Positions 24,286 to 36,999 of a stretch of DNA of 64,000 nucleotides are shown here, piece after piece. Below the pieces are notes generated by a model. The model ran no database searches and was not told the DNA's origin. It was given only the letters and a program-made list of their open reading frames with translations. Source of the DNA: Cyanophora paradoxa CCMP329 (taxonomy: Eukaryota; Plantae; Glaucophyta); the NCBI GenBank assembly GCA_004431415.1, contig QPMI01000205.1, positions 113,852-177,851 of the forward strand. The letters are read 5' to 3'. The position numbers and the translations under genes are program-made. How positions within the stretch are numbered: the stretch's first letter is position 1; every line of letters begins with the position of its first letter.

Positions 24286-25261
24286 CCTCGAGCGGAAGCC
24301 AGCGTGCGCAGGAACTTCCAATGACTAAGTGCGCATCGCTGAGCGCCGGGCTGGGCGCTGGCCGGGAAAGAGGTCCCGCGCACGGGGGTACAGCGGGGGT
24401 AAAGCTCAAAGCCGGCGCTCCTAAGTGCCGGCGCCGGCGCCGGCCGGGGAATTCGCGAATGATCACGATGATCGGTCTTGGCTATGGCTGCGAGCGCGGC
24501 CGGCGCCTCACCTGCGTGCGTGCGCGGCGATGCAAATGTGCATGCGCACTATAGCTAGCTATAGCTATAGCTATAGCACTGCTGCAGCTAGCGCTGCAGG
24601 AGCTGCCATATGCATGGTCGACGCATGCACGTGCCGAGGCCAAGGCTGCCCTGTAGGCTAGCTGATAGATCTGAATACTGGCGGTTGGTTCATTGAATTC
24701 CTGTCTACACTAGTTCTTGAAATACCACAGCTCGCTGTCGTCTGAAATGACTGGCGAGACATCCAAAGAAAATGGAAAGAAGCTGCAGGGTCGTGTTTAA
24801 AAGCGAGGCATCAACACGATTCAACGAAGCAGGAAATATACACAAGCAGAGAGCAATAGCGAGAGCAATATTCATGCGGAAAGAGGCCGAGGGCGTCTGC
24901 GGAGTCGAGGCGGCAGGGGGCGCGCAGAATGCGCGGCGGAAGAGGGGAGGGCGGGGGGGAGAAGGGTGCCTGGTGGGCCGCCCGCGGGGGGGCGGCCCGA
25001 TGGCGGCGGGCTTCGTGCGGGGCTCCTGAGGCGGGGTCACGGGCCGGTGCGGGGCGTCCAGCGCTCCTCCCCGGCGATGTCGAAGGGGAGGGCGAGGACG
25101 ACGGCGGCGGTGGCCGTGTGCGGGCGCGCGGGGCGGCCGCCGGGCGAGGGCGGCTCGCGGGGGGAGGCGTCGGGGGCGGCCCCGGCGCTCTCCTGCCCCG
25201 CGAGGTACTTCCCCGCGGCGGCCCGCGGCGTGCTCAGGAGGCGCTCGACCCCGCGCGAGAG

Positions 25262-26510
25262 TCAGACGAGGGAGCCCCCGCGCCCCTTCGGCCTGCCCCG
25301 CACGCCCCCCTCAGCACAGGGGGCGGGGCAGGGCGGGGCGGGGGCGGGGCGCACGTGACGAGGGCGAGGGTGGGCTTGCCGACGGAGGGGCGGGCCCCCG
25401 GGGGCTCCATGGACACGGAGACGACGGAGGGGGAGCGGGCGCGCTGCACGTGCACCTCCTCCAGCTCCTTCAGCTCCCGCTGGATCTTCGCCGTCAGCTC
25501 CGCGTCCTTCGCGTCCGGCCGCTTCTTCTGCTTCAGCTTGACGAGCATGCAGCGGAGCTCCGCGCGGCGCGCGTCCTCGCTGGCGCTGCTCTTGTGGACT
25601 TTGTCGAGCTTCTTCTCGATCGCCGCCTCCGTGCCGGGCGCCCGCCCGATCTTGGGCCCGTTGTAGAAGTGCCAGCCGCGCGGGTCGGCGATGGAGAGGA
25701 GGGCGTTCCACTTGGAGCGGCTCGCCTGTTTCCGGCGCTCCGTGGACGGCCGCGGGCCCGTCCCGTCGTCCATCCCCCGCAGCGCGATCTCGTGCATCGC
25801 GTGCTGCCAGTGCCTCCTCGCCCGCTCGTGCGCCTCGCCCTCCGTCACCCGCAGCGGCGGCGCTGACGCGACCCGCGTCGGCGCCGACGGGCCGATCCCG
25901 GCGCCCTCCTGCTCGGCGAGCTCGTTGGCGCGGCTGAGAGCGCCTGCGCCGACGAGCGGGTGCTGTCCCGGCTCCGCCAGGTTAACCACCGTGAACATCT
26001 GTACCTCGCGTCACGGCCACGCCAGTGGCGCAGCGCGCGCTTTGCCGTACCTGCACGGGCGAGGACGCCGGCGGGCTCGCCCTCGGTGCGTACGGCACTG
26101 AGCGCGGCATCGCGTCCCGGTCCTCCCGTAGGGTCGGGATGGACTGCTCCTGCTCCTCGATACTGAAGTGTTTCGCGCTCATTGCCGAGGTCGGCCGCGG
26201 CAGGGCTGCGGATGCGCGTGAGCACAAAAGAAACAAAAAGGAGGGGAAAGAGCTCACGGTCACTGCCGTCGCTGGACTCGCCGGGACTGTTGGGGTGGAG
26301 CATTGATGACGCACGGATTGCCGGCACCAGGGGCTTCTTGGAAACGACATGTGGTGGCGACGGAGACTCTGGAACGTCGATCTCTCCCGGCGTCCGCCCT
26401 AGCTCTGGCGAGTCTGGCGGCATCTCGTACTTCTTCGGCGAGTTTGTTCTCTTCGCTGTTTCCAGCATCCTGTCTACTGTCGATTCCGTATCAAGCTTAA
26501 AATAAAGCAT
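25262..26510 (-). CDS. Hypothetical protein with coiled-coil segment
   Basis: Spliceable exons from MLYFKLD/MLETAKR to TPKGRGGSLV-stop; host-like codon usage; no family recognised. Confidence 0.5.
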
Positions 26511-26982
26511 GAAGGCAGTGAGCGCGGGGACAACGGGAATATTTAGGTCCCTATCCTCCGCACGGAGCTCGGCTAAGGCGCTTGCGCGCAAAGGGGGAGC
26601 GCTCAACAGTAGGTGGAGCTATTGCGCTCAGCCCTCTAGGCACGCTCGTAGGCGGCGAACCTGTCTAGGAGTCACTTGCTCTTCTTGCAAGTTGCTCCAC
26701 AAATAGCGGCCAGCTTACTTTAAGCGGACGATACTGTATTCCTTCCCAGGCCGACCGATCGTCGCGCGCTCGAGCTCGTTCTGGGCTGCGGGCACTTACC
26801 GATTTGGCAGGGGGGGTAGAGGGTGCAGAGCGTTGAGCCGACGGTTGGGGGCGAGAGCTCTCTCGCCACGCGTAGCTGCGTTTACCGATTGCGCATGCGT
26901 ATTCATGCTAGAGCGCGCACGATTCACTGATTGGATCGCAGGAGATTAACGCTAGCCTAGTATAGCTATAGCTAAGCTATAG

Positions 26983-29062
26983 CTAGTCGAGCTCATCCAT
27001 GCGCTGGTAGCTGATGCCATCATCGAGCTCAAGGGCGCCTATCCGGTCGGCGTCCGTCGCCGCCGCGCGCGTGCCGGCGCGCTGCGCATGCACGAACAGA
27101 GGCTCCGCAGCGGCCTCCACGGCAGCCTCCTCGTCGGCCTCGTCGTCGCCGTCATCCGGCCCGGCGCTGCCGGCCGGCTCCGCGGGGCCCGCCTCGGGAT
27201 GGCCCGAGGCGGCGGAGTCCGAGTCGTTGGGCGAGTCCTCCTCGTCGCCGGCGTCGTGCACCTCGCCCCAGGCGCTCCGCCGCGCCGGCCCCCGCGGGGA
27301 CTCCCGCGCAGCCTCCGCCTCCGCCGCCGCCTCCTCCTCGTCGCTGGCGCCGCCGACGGCCTCCTCGGGGAACGGGTGCAGGTCGGCCGTGGCGAGCTGC
27401 CAGAGCGCGCGCCAGCGCTGCGAGGCGAAGGCGCGGCGCGGCTGCGGAGGGGGCGCCGCCGGCCCCGCGAGGGCGTCGCTCTGGCTCGACTCCGAGCGCT
27501 GGAAGGAGCTCCGCGGGCCCAGGCCCCCCGGCCCCTCCTCCTCCTCCCCCTCCTCGTCCCCGCTGTCCGGCGCGCCCGGTCCCGCCCAGTCCTCCAGATT
27601 CTCCACCTCCAGCCCCTCCTCCAGCGCCTCCGCCCCCGTCGCCTCCTCGCCAGTCCCCGCGCCCTCCTCCCCCGCCGCCTCCGCCGCCTGCTCCGCGGGG
27701 CGGCGGGGCGCGGGCCCGTCGTGCCCGTCGAGGCCGGCGCGGGCCATCTCGGCCTCGAGGGCCGCCAGGTCCCCCGCACCGCCTCCGCCGCCCCGCCGCC
27801 TCCACCTCCGCCGCCTCCCGCCCCGCCCGCTCCGCCTCCGCCGCCGCCTCCCGCTCCTCCGCCTCCCGCCGCGCGCGCGCCTCCTCCTCCGCCCGCCGCT
27901 CCTCCTCCGCCTGCTGCCGCTCCGCCGCCTCCCGCTCCTCTTGCTCCTTCCTCGCCCGCGCCTCCCGTCCGAGCCGGTCGATCTCTGCGCGCCCCGCCCC
28001 TCAGCGCCCCGCCCGGCGCGCCGGGGCCGGGGGCGGGGAGGGCGCCTGCGAAGCCGGCGAGGGTCCGCTCGCGCTCCTCCAGGCGGATGCGCTGGCGCTC
28101 CTCGCGCTCGGCCTCGGGCCCGCCCCTCGCCCTGCGGGGCGTGAGGGGCGGCGCGGGGGGCGGGGCCGGGGCGCGCGCCAGGCCTCGGCGCAGCGGCGCT
28201 CGTCGTCGAAGACGGGCCGGTCGTCGAGGTGCTTGAGGCCGCGCAGCCGCACGATCAGCCGCTTCCGGTAGTGCTCCACCCGCCCGCACACCCCGTTCCC
28301 CTCCAGCTTCTGCCCCGCCGCCGCCCCGCCCGCTCGGGCGCCGCCCCGCGCGGGCGCTCGGAGGGGAGGGGCGCACGAGGGCGGCGAGCTTCGGGAGGCG
28401 CGCGAGGAGGTCGATCGCCGCCACGTCCTCGATGAGGTTCTTCGAGAGGTCCAGGATCCTGGACCCCGCCCTCGGTTCGCGCGCAGCGGCGCGGGGCGGG
28501 CGGGGCGGGCGGCGCACATGAGGTTGGGCAGCTGCTCGAGCTCCGCAAGGTCCTCCGCCGTCTGCAGCTTGTTGCCCGCCAGGTACAGCGCGTTCAGCCG
28601 CGGCAGCGGCGGCAACCCCCGCAGCCGCGGGATCCTGTTGTCGCTCAGATTCAGAGTCGCAAGCTCCTGAAGCGCTTCTAGGCCGGAGATGTCCTCGAGT
28701 AGGTTCTCGTGCAGGTACCTGGCGGCAAAGAGTGGGTTGCGCGTTGGCTGAGCGCGTATAAACGCGTATGACAGACGCACAGCTCTCGCAGCTCGGTCAG
28801 CTTTTCCAAATTCTCGATTGTTTCGAGACCTGCATAGCAGCGCGCGTCAAAGCGGGCGCAGGCTTAGGCCTGCAAACGCCAGGACCGCACCGTTCCCCTC
28901 TAGCCAGAGCTGGCGGACGCCCGTGTACACCGAAATACAGCTCTCAATACGCTCAAAGCCCTTGTACTGCAAGTACAACTTGTCGTTCAGCTCGGGCGTG
29001 CGAAATAGCTTGTACTGCTCGCACAGCTGCCGCAGCCGCTTCTCCGTCATTCCGGTCGCCAT
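26983..29062 (-). CDS. DNAAF1: Dynein axonemal assembly factor 1 (ODA7/LRRC50) LRR protein
   Basis: [40 protein letters not shown]22-type LRRs, [41 protein letters not shown], acidic tail. Confidence 0.92.
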
Positions 29063-29432
29063 TTCGCCGCTGCTGAAGAACTACAGGCGCGCTGCGGAGG
29101 CCGCTTTAAACAGTAGCAGTCCCGGCCCAGCGCTAAGAGCTGCAATGCACGGAGCTGGATCCGCAGGCAGCCGGTGCCCGCCTGCCCCGCCGTGAAGAGG
29201 GGTATGGGGGTTGGGGTTTGCTATGTGCATCATGGCATGCACCTTACGCGTGTATGCGCGTACACGGCGCAAAACTAGCTAGGTACCAAAGCGCTCAAGC
29301 GCTGCCGCGTGCGCTGTTGGCCCAGCTAACTAGACCCGCGCTGATTCGGACACGAGCTCGGATCTCAACTCGGCGGCGCAGGCCCCAGGTCACTCTAAGC
29401 GGTGCTCGAATGCGAGATACCTGTACATGCGA

Positions 29433-30781
29433 TCATACAACAACGGCGGCAGCCTCCCGTTCGCGAGCCCGCTCCTTGAGCAGCGCCTGCGCGGCGATCA
29501 TGAGTGGGCTGGCGTGCACGTGCGGAAGGCACGCGGGGGTGCCGACCTGAATAAAGAACTCCCCCGCGCGGTACGACGACCGGACTGCGCGGTTGCAAGC
29601 GGTCAGCGGTGGTCGGCGAGGGGGCCCGACAGGGGGCGGGGGCACCGAGGGGTCCGGAGGCGACGTAGCGGAAGCCCATCTCCTCGCCCTCGAGGCGCCA
29701 CTGCTCGAAGACCTCCGGGGCGACGTACTCCTCCACCTTCATGTGCTTCTTCGACGGCTGCAGGTACTGGCCCAGCGTGACCTGCGCGCGCGCGCCCGGC
29801 GTCGGCCACGGGGCAGCCGGGGGCGCGAGCGGCGGGCGGGCGCGGAGGGAGGCGGCGCACGACGTCGACGCCGGCGTTGAGGAGGTCGCGCATGGTCTGG
29901 CGGACCTCGTGCGCCTGCTCCCCGACCCCGAGCATGATGGAGGACTTGGTGAGGAGGCCCGGCACCACCCGCTTGGCGTGCTCCAGGACCGTCAGGGACT
30001 GCCTGTAGCCGGCGCGGTAGTCCCGCACGTAGCCCTGCAGCCGCTCCACCGTCTCCACGTTGTGCGCGTACACGTCCAGGCCCGAGCGCGCCACGTTCGC
30101 CACCCCCTCGAGGTCCCCCCGGAAGTCCGGCGTCAGGCACTCCGCCAGGATGTGCGGGCTCATCGCCTTCAGGTGCCTCACGGTCGACGCGAAGTGTTCC
30201 GCCCCGCCGTCCGCCAGGTCGTCCCGGTCCACGCTCGTCAGCACGACGTACTCGAGGCCCCACTTGCTAATCGCCTCCGCCACGTTCTTCGGCTCGTTCG
30301 GGTCCAGCGGCGGCGGCGCCCGGCTCGTCTTGATTGCGCAGAAGCGGCACCCGCGAGTACATGTGTCGCCCATGAGCATGATAGTCGCTGTGCCGCCTCC
30401 CCAGCACTCCGCGATGTTGGGGCAGCGCGCCTCCTCGCATACGGTATTGAGCTTAAGGCCCTTTATATCCTCCTTCAGCCGAATGAAGTTATCACCGCCC
30501 GGCGCGTCGACCTTCACCCACGTGGGCTTCGCGAGTCGCCTCGGCTTGCTCGACGAAGCGGCTTGCGCGGCCGCGGGCGCGCTGCTTTCCGCCGGGGAGC
30601 CTCCGCTGCAGCTGCCACCTGCTTCGTGCGTCCCGCGTATGAAGTCGGCGAAGCCTGGGCCTTCCGAGAGCTTTCCCCTGAGCGCCTCCACGCCGCTCGC
30701 TACCGAAGCTACTGACCTCCTCGCGTGTGCGGCGCGCACGCCGGGCAGCCTCCCCGCGCGCAGGAAGCGAACGAGCGACAT
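29433..30781 (-). CDS. LIAS: Lipoyl synthase, probably mitochondrial
   Basis: [21 protein letters not shown] radical-SAM motif, TSVDRDD, HNVETV, GQYLQP, SGPLVRSSYRA; Arg-rich presequence. Confidence 0.96.
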
Positions 30782-31018
30782 TGTTGCCGCAGGGGGTATT
30801 TGTCCGGCCCGGGTACAGTCACTTATCTGCCACCAGCCCGCCCGCTGTAGCTTAACTTGCATACGCGCCGGGCTTTGTCCACTCAAGCACGTTCTGCAGC
30901 TCATATCCCCGTCCGTGAGATCGTAAGCGCAGATCGGCGGCCACGCGTAAGCCTGCGGAAGAAGGCGCACGAGCTCGATCCCTCGACGTAGGCTTCGCAC
31001 ATTGCCACAGCCTCGACG

Positions 31019-32078
31019 ATGAGGCCCCTTGAGCTCCGGCAACCGCGCGCGCGTGTGTTCGGCGGCGGCCTCCAGCTGCTGGCCGCGACATTCGTCATCA
31101 CATGTATACTTGCAGTCGGGGTCGATATCTGCCGAGCCTCGGACGCGGCAGCAGAGGACGCGCCTGTAGTGGAGGCACTAGGCATGAAGAACTTTGACAC
31201 GCGCACGCTCGGGTCGAAGGTCTGGTTGCTCGATTTCTACTCCCCTACATGCCCTCACGTGAGCTATTTGGATTCGGATTCGCGTGTGGTGGCGTCTCGA
31301 CCTCTTTCGTGCGCAGTGCGTCAAACTGGCGCCCACGCTGGACCAGCTGGCGGTCATCGCGCGCAAGGAGGGGCTCAACGCAGGCATTGGAAAGATCGAC
31401 TGCTCCGTCGAGCGCCGCCTCTGCAGACGGTTCCAGGCGAGCTGGCGGCCGCGGCGTGACAGCGGCGCCGAGCGCCACGCTCACCGGCCGGCGGGGGGCG
31501 CGCGTGCAGGTGCGTTCGTACCCGACGATCATCTTCCTGGACGCGGACAAGCGCACGTACACGTACGGTGCGCGCGCGCCGGCCGCGGCGCGCTCGCCCC
31601 GTGACGCCAGGGGCGCGCTCCGAGTCTGAGGGCGCCGTGGGCGCCGGCAGAGGGCTCGCGCTCGCTGGAGGACCTGCTGCGCTTCATGAAGGGCGGCTAC
31701 CTCAAGTCCAGCGAGGGGCCCAGGGCCTTCGGCCTCGCGTCCGCCCGCCCCGCCGCGCCCCCGGGCGCCGGCGTGCGAGGGGGCGGGGGGCGGGGCGCAG
31801 GCAGCGGCTGAAGGGGCTGGCGGGCGGGGCGGTCTTCACGACGCTGAACACGGCGCGGGAGCTGCTCCACACGCTTCGGACGCGCACGAACGCCGGCGTC
31901 GCCATCGTCGTCTGCGTCCTCGGCGTCCTTACCGCCCTCCTCTCCGTCCGCCCCGCCCCGGGCCCCGCCCCGCTTCCCTTTCCCCGCCGACACCTCACCC
32001 CCCCTCCCGCAGATCATCTTCTGCATCATCTGCGTGGGGGACTCCTTCTCGCGCCGCCCGCATGTGCACCGCGACTGA
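31019..32078 (+). CDS. Thioredoxin-related transmembrane protein (TMX/PDI family), CPHC active site
   Basis: Signal anchor, [12 protein letters not shown]|CVKLAP across an intron, GKIDC, VRSYPTI, C-terminal transmembrane helix. Confidence 0.85.
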
Positions 32079-32381
32079 CCGCCCCGCCGCCCTCGGGGCC
32101 CCACTGCTGGCAAACTCTCCCTGCTAACAATCAACCGTTGAGCGAGGGTTCTTGTGCAGTGGGGTCCCTTTCCCGGTGGGCCTCTCTATAGCGCGGCGTA
32201 TGGTTCCCCTCCAATCCAACCAAGCGCGGCGGCGCTGAGAACCAGCGGTTCGAAGTTCGAGACTCTGAAGAGGAATGGGAGAGACGGTGTTCGAAGCTAT
32301 AGCTAAGGCACGGAGGCACCAGCGGCTCGAAGTTGGAGGTGGTGGGTGCAGCGGGGGCGCGTGCAGCTGCAGGCGGGGGGG

Positions 32382-35300
32382 CTACTTGGCGCGGTACCAG
32401 GTCTCGGCGTAGCGGGAGTCGACGACGAGGGGCACGAAGAGCTGGGCGCCCTCGATGGGGAGCGGCTGCTCCATGCAGGCCCGCACGATCTCCAGCGCCT
32501 CGTCGGCGCTCTCGCGGGGGCCCTCCACGATCACCTCGTCGTGCACCTGCAGCACCATCCGCCACCCCAGCTCCGAGAGCCGCTGCCCCCCGCCCCCGCC
32601 CTCAGCGCCCCGCCCCACGGGGGAGGCCCCGGCGCGCTGCGCGGGGGCGGGGCGCGCCTGGTTGCGGGCGAGCTTGACCATCGCGCACATGACGATGTCC
32701 GCCGCCCCGCCCTGCCGGCCCCGTCAGGCGCCGGCCCGGGCAGGGTTGGGCGGGCGGAGAGGGGCGGGGGCGGGCCTGGATGGGGGTGTTGATGGCGGCG
32801 CGGCGGAGGTGGCTGGCGAGGGCGCCGCGGCCGCGGATGCCGGGGAGGGGCCGGCGCCGGCCCATGAGGGTCGTCGTGTAGCCCTTGGACTCGGCGTTGC
32901 GGATCGTCTGCAGCTGCCAATCCTTGACCTGCGCGCCGCTCGCCGCGGGGAGGGAGGGCGGCCGGGGGGCGGGGCGGGGCGTGGCGGACCTCGGGGCGGT
33001 CGGCGTACCAGCGGTCGACGGTGGCCTGGGCCTCCTCGACGCTGACGCCCCAGTCGCGCGCCAGCCCGTGCGCCGTCTTCCCGTACGCGATCGAGAAGTT
33101 CAGCGTCTTCGCCTTGCGCCGCTCCGCCGCGAAGAGGTCCTTCAGCAGCGGCAGGTGCTGAGGGTTCCCGTCCTGGCCCGCCGAGTGGGCGCCGGCCGGC
33201 GAGGCGAGGCGAGGGGCGGGGCGGGGCGGGAGGGGGGCGGACCGGCCCCTCCTCGAGGAGACACTCGCCGCGGTCGATGGCGGCCTTGATGTGGTCGTAC
33301 ATCCCCAGCGCCGTTCGCGAGTGGAAGTCCCCCCCCGCCTGCCGCGAGGCAGCCGTCAGCGCCCGGAGCAGAGCATCGGTAGGGGAGGGGCGGGGCGGGG
33401 CGCGCGAGGAAGGCGTCGCGCATGGAGACGCAGCCGGCGATGTGGGCGAGGATGCGGAGCTCGAGCTGCCCGTAGTCCGCCACGATCAGCGTGTGGCCCT
33501 CCTCGCACGTGAACGCGTCCCGGATCCTGCCCCCACGTCGGCCGCGCCGCGCGCCGCAGGGCGCCGCGGGGCGGGGCGGGGCGGGGCGGGGCGGACTTGT
33601 AGCGGTCCTTCTCGAGGGCGGGCTGGTTCTGGAGGTTGGGGCGGCGGCAGGAGAGGCGCCCCGTCTCGGTGTTCAGGTTGAGGGAGGCGTGGATGCGCCC
33701 GTGGGCGTCCGCCCCCGCGAGCTCCTGCAGCGGCCGGATGAACGTCTCCAGCAGCGTGTCCACCGCCGTCGCCTCGCACAGCGCGTCCAGCGCCGCACAC
33801 GCCGCCGCGCCCCCGCCCGGCGTCCCCCGCTTCTCGAAGTGCTCGAAGGCGAGCCCGTAGCGGCCCTCGGAGGGAGCCTTCCCCGCGAGGCGCCGGAGGG
33901 CCGCCTGGTGCGCGGAGGGCCGGACGGCCCAGGTGAGAGGGGCACGGCAGGCTGGAGGGGGGGGCGCAGGGCAGGGGCGAGGGCGCTGGAGGCTCGACTG
34001 GGGCGGACCTGGTCGGTGGAGGGCCAGCCGCTGGCGGTGCGGGCGACGACGGGGAGGCCCATGCCGGCGATGGCGATCGAGCGCTTCTTCTTCGCCCGCG
34101 TCTTCCCCTCCTCGATGAAGCCGTCCTCGTTCGGCACCTCGAACGTGTCCACCCTGCCCCCGCCCGCCCGCGTCGGCGGGGGCGGGGGCGGGGCCCGGGC
34201 GCGGGCGTCTGTGGGACAGAGCGCACTCGGGCATGAAGTCGGGGTCCTTCTCCTCCTCCTCCTCCGCCTCGCCCTCATCCTTCTTCTTCTTCCCCTTGGC
34301 CCGCGGCTTCGAGAGCTCCAGCGCCTCCTGCGCCCCGCCCGCCCCCTCAGACCCCCCGCCGCCCCGGCCGGGCGAGGGGGCGGGCGGGGCGGGCGCCGGC
34401 GCGCCTCGAACTCGCCGACGTCGAGGACGTCGGCCTCGCCGAACTGCAGCGCCCGCGCCTCCTCCGCCGCCGCCTCCGCCTGCCCCGCGCCCGGGCCCCC
34501 CGCCCCCTTCCCCTCCTTCCAGCACGGCGCGAAGAGCAGCTGCCGCCGCGTCAGGCGCCGTGCAGCGGCTCGCGGGGCCGGGCGGCGGGGCGCGCCTGGC
34601 GGATCTGGTTGGCGCTCTTGATGTTCATGAGGTGCGCGAAGGGGCGCGTCTCCTCGGGGGCCGTCGCCCGCACCCACTCGACGAAGGCCCGCGCCGCCTC
34701 GCCCGAGGCCCGGCTCGCCTCCTCCTCGACGGCGCGCAGGTGCGCGACGTTGATCTGCGGGGGCGCGTGAGGCGGCGGGGCGGGGGTCGGGGGCGGGGGA
34801 GGGCGGAGGGGCGGGGCGGGCCTTGAAGCCGCGGCGCTCGATGTCGGTGAGGATCTCCCCGAAGGGGCGCCACACCTCCACGTAGAACTCCCACATGTTC
34901 CGGAACCTGGCCGCGCCCCGACTCAGACGCCCGCCGGGCCGGGCCGGGGCGGGGGGCGGGGGGGCGGGGCGGGCCCGAAGAGGCGCCCGACGTTCTCGTC
35001 CTCGACGGCCTGGCCCTGGAGGGAGGCCTCGAAGAGCTCGCGGAGCCACCAGGTGCACCAGACGTCGAGGCACGCGTAGTGGATCCACTCCCGCCGCGTC
35101 CCCATCGTGCGCTGCAGCTCTTCCGGCGGCGCCATCTCCTTCACCTTCGACTCCGTCCCGTCCTTCTTGATCTTGGCCCGCGCGAAGCGGTCCTTCATCG
35201 AGACCTTCCCCACGGGGAGCAGGTGCGTCGAGAGGGACTCGAGGGAGTAGCCGCCGCCGCCCGTCGCCTTGTCCCGCGCCGCGTCCTGCAGGCGCGCCAT

Positions 35301-36591
35301 GTGCATCGTGTCGCCCCCGAAGCCCCGCACGTCGATCCCGTGGTTGTGCAGGATGTGCCGGTCGAACCCGTAGTTGTGCCACACCTGCCCCCGCGCCACG
35401 CCCCGTCACGCGCGGCGCCGGGGCGGGGGCGGGGCCCGTCGGGGCGGGCCTTGAGGATTGAGGCGTCCTCGAAGTACTCGCGGAAGACGTCGAGCGTGCC
35501 CTCCGCCTCGTCCAGGTTGTCCACCCAGAGGTGCGGGCCCGTCCCGAAGTCCACGTCGGGGCCCACGTAGCACGAGGCGCAGATCGCCCGCCCGTTCCCC
35601 ACCGGCGTCTGCTTCGAGGCGTCGAGGTCCCGCGTCTCCGTGTCCCACGCGTGGTACCGCTCCAGCCGCTTCCCGTCCCGCCCCACGATGTACCGCGCCT
35701 TCTCGCTGCGCAGCACCGCCAGCGCCTCCAGCGCCTCCGCCCGCGTCCGCACCACCGTCACCCCGACCCCCGCCGTCTCCCGGTGCGCGTCCACGCTCAA
35801 CCCGCCCCGCAGGTTCCGCGCCCACACGTTCGGCTGCCCCTTCTGCGACGGCCGTGCCGGCCTCTTCGCCCGCGGCGCCGACGCCGCCCACGCCGCCGCC
35901 GCCGCTCCCGACGTGCTGGCGGCCGGAGCCGCCGCCGGCGCCGCAGCCGAGGCAGCCGCAGGCGCCCGAGCGGGCGGCGCATACGCGGGGGAAGCTTGCG
36001 CGACCGGCGGATGGGACGCCGCGAAGGACGGCACCGCGCCGAAGGCCGATTGCGGCGCCGGTGCGGGTGCGGTGCCTCGGGCGCTATTCTCCGAGCGCCA
36101 CTCGCCATTCAAGCTCGAGCCCCAGGCCTCTGCAGCGAGCGCTCAGCTGCGTGGCATACGGTTCGGCAAGGAGACGCACGGCGCGGTAGCTGCGCGTTGG
36201 CGCTGGCCTCGGCGGTGGGGCCGTGCGATCCTCGATGCGGCTGGCCTTGGGTGCGACCGGGCATCTCCGGGCGGCCGTGGACTGCCGTGATCAGGCTCTT
36301 GCTGAATTGATCGCTCTTCCCGCTGGCTCCGGGATCGCGGTCCTCGGTGCTCGCGTCGGAACCGCTAAGCGTCCCTGCGCCGCGCCATGCGCTTTGCAGC
36401 GGGCCCCGCCCTGCAAGCAGCGACGGACGCAGGCGGTCCCATGGGTTGGGCCACCGCAGACGCCGGAGCATCGTCCTCTTGGCCGCTGGAGTCCGCTTTG
36501 CGAGACTGCAGGCTGTGCCAGACGCGGGCGGCACGAGCCCCGTGTGAGTGAGCGCCGGAACTGCCTGCGCTGCGAAAGCCGCGCCGGACAT
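32382..36591 (-). CDS. POP: Plant/protist organellar DNA polymerase (POP, family A, with 3'-5' exonuclease)
   Basis: HAWDTET, VWHNYGFDRH, DTMHMARL, TETGRLS, PNLQN, ADYGQLELRILAH, DFHSRTA, ERRKAKTLNFSIAYG, AINTPIQG, LQVHDE; leader MSGAAFAAQA. Confidence 0.95.
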
Positions 36592-36999
36592 CGAGCTCGA
36601 GCTCGCGGCTCGACCCGCTTCTTGCCGAACTCGCGTATACCGTAGTACCCGCTTAGATCGTGACCCCTCCCCCCCGGCCTCGATCAAATTCGAAAACGTG
36701 CATATGCATGCCGCAGTGCAAGATCTAGAGCGCGCGAGCTCAACTGCAATTGCAAGCTATATGCTAGCCCAGGCCACCTGCACCGTCCGCAATGGCCGCA
36801 GCGCTCGTCCCCAACAGCGATCAGCGCTCGCGGTTTCGCCTTGCCGAATTCGAATTCGAAACAGCGTGAATGATCTTTGTACAAGCTGTATAGAAGACGC
36901 CTGCCAGCACTATTCACAACCGACATCCTACAGGCGTCGACGTATTGAAACTGGTTATTATGCGAGCGAAGGAAGCTAGAGAAAGGAAAAGGAAGCTCT

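Noticed and set aside
26791-26806. ACTTACC as a U1 snRNA 5' end
   Set aside because: No U1 stem-loops or Sm site follow
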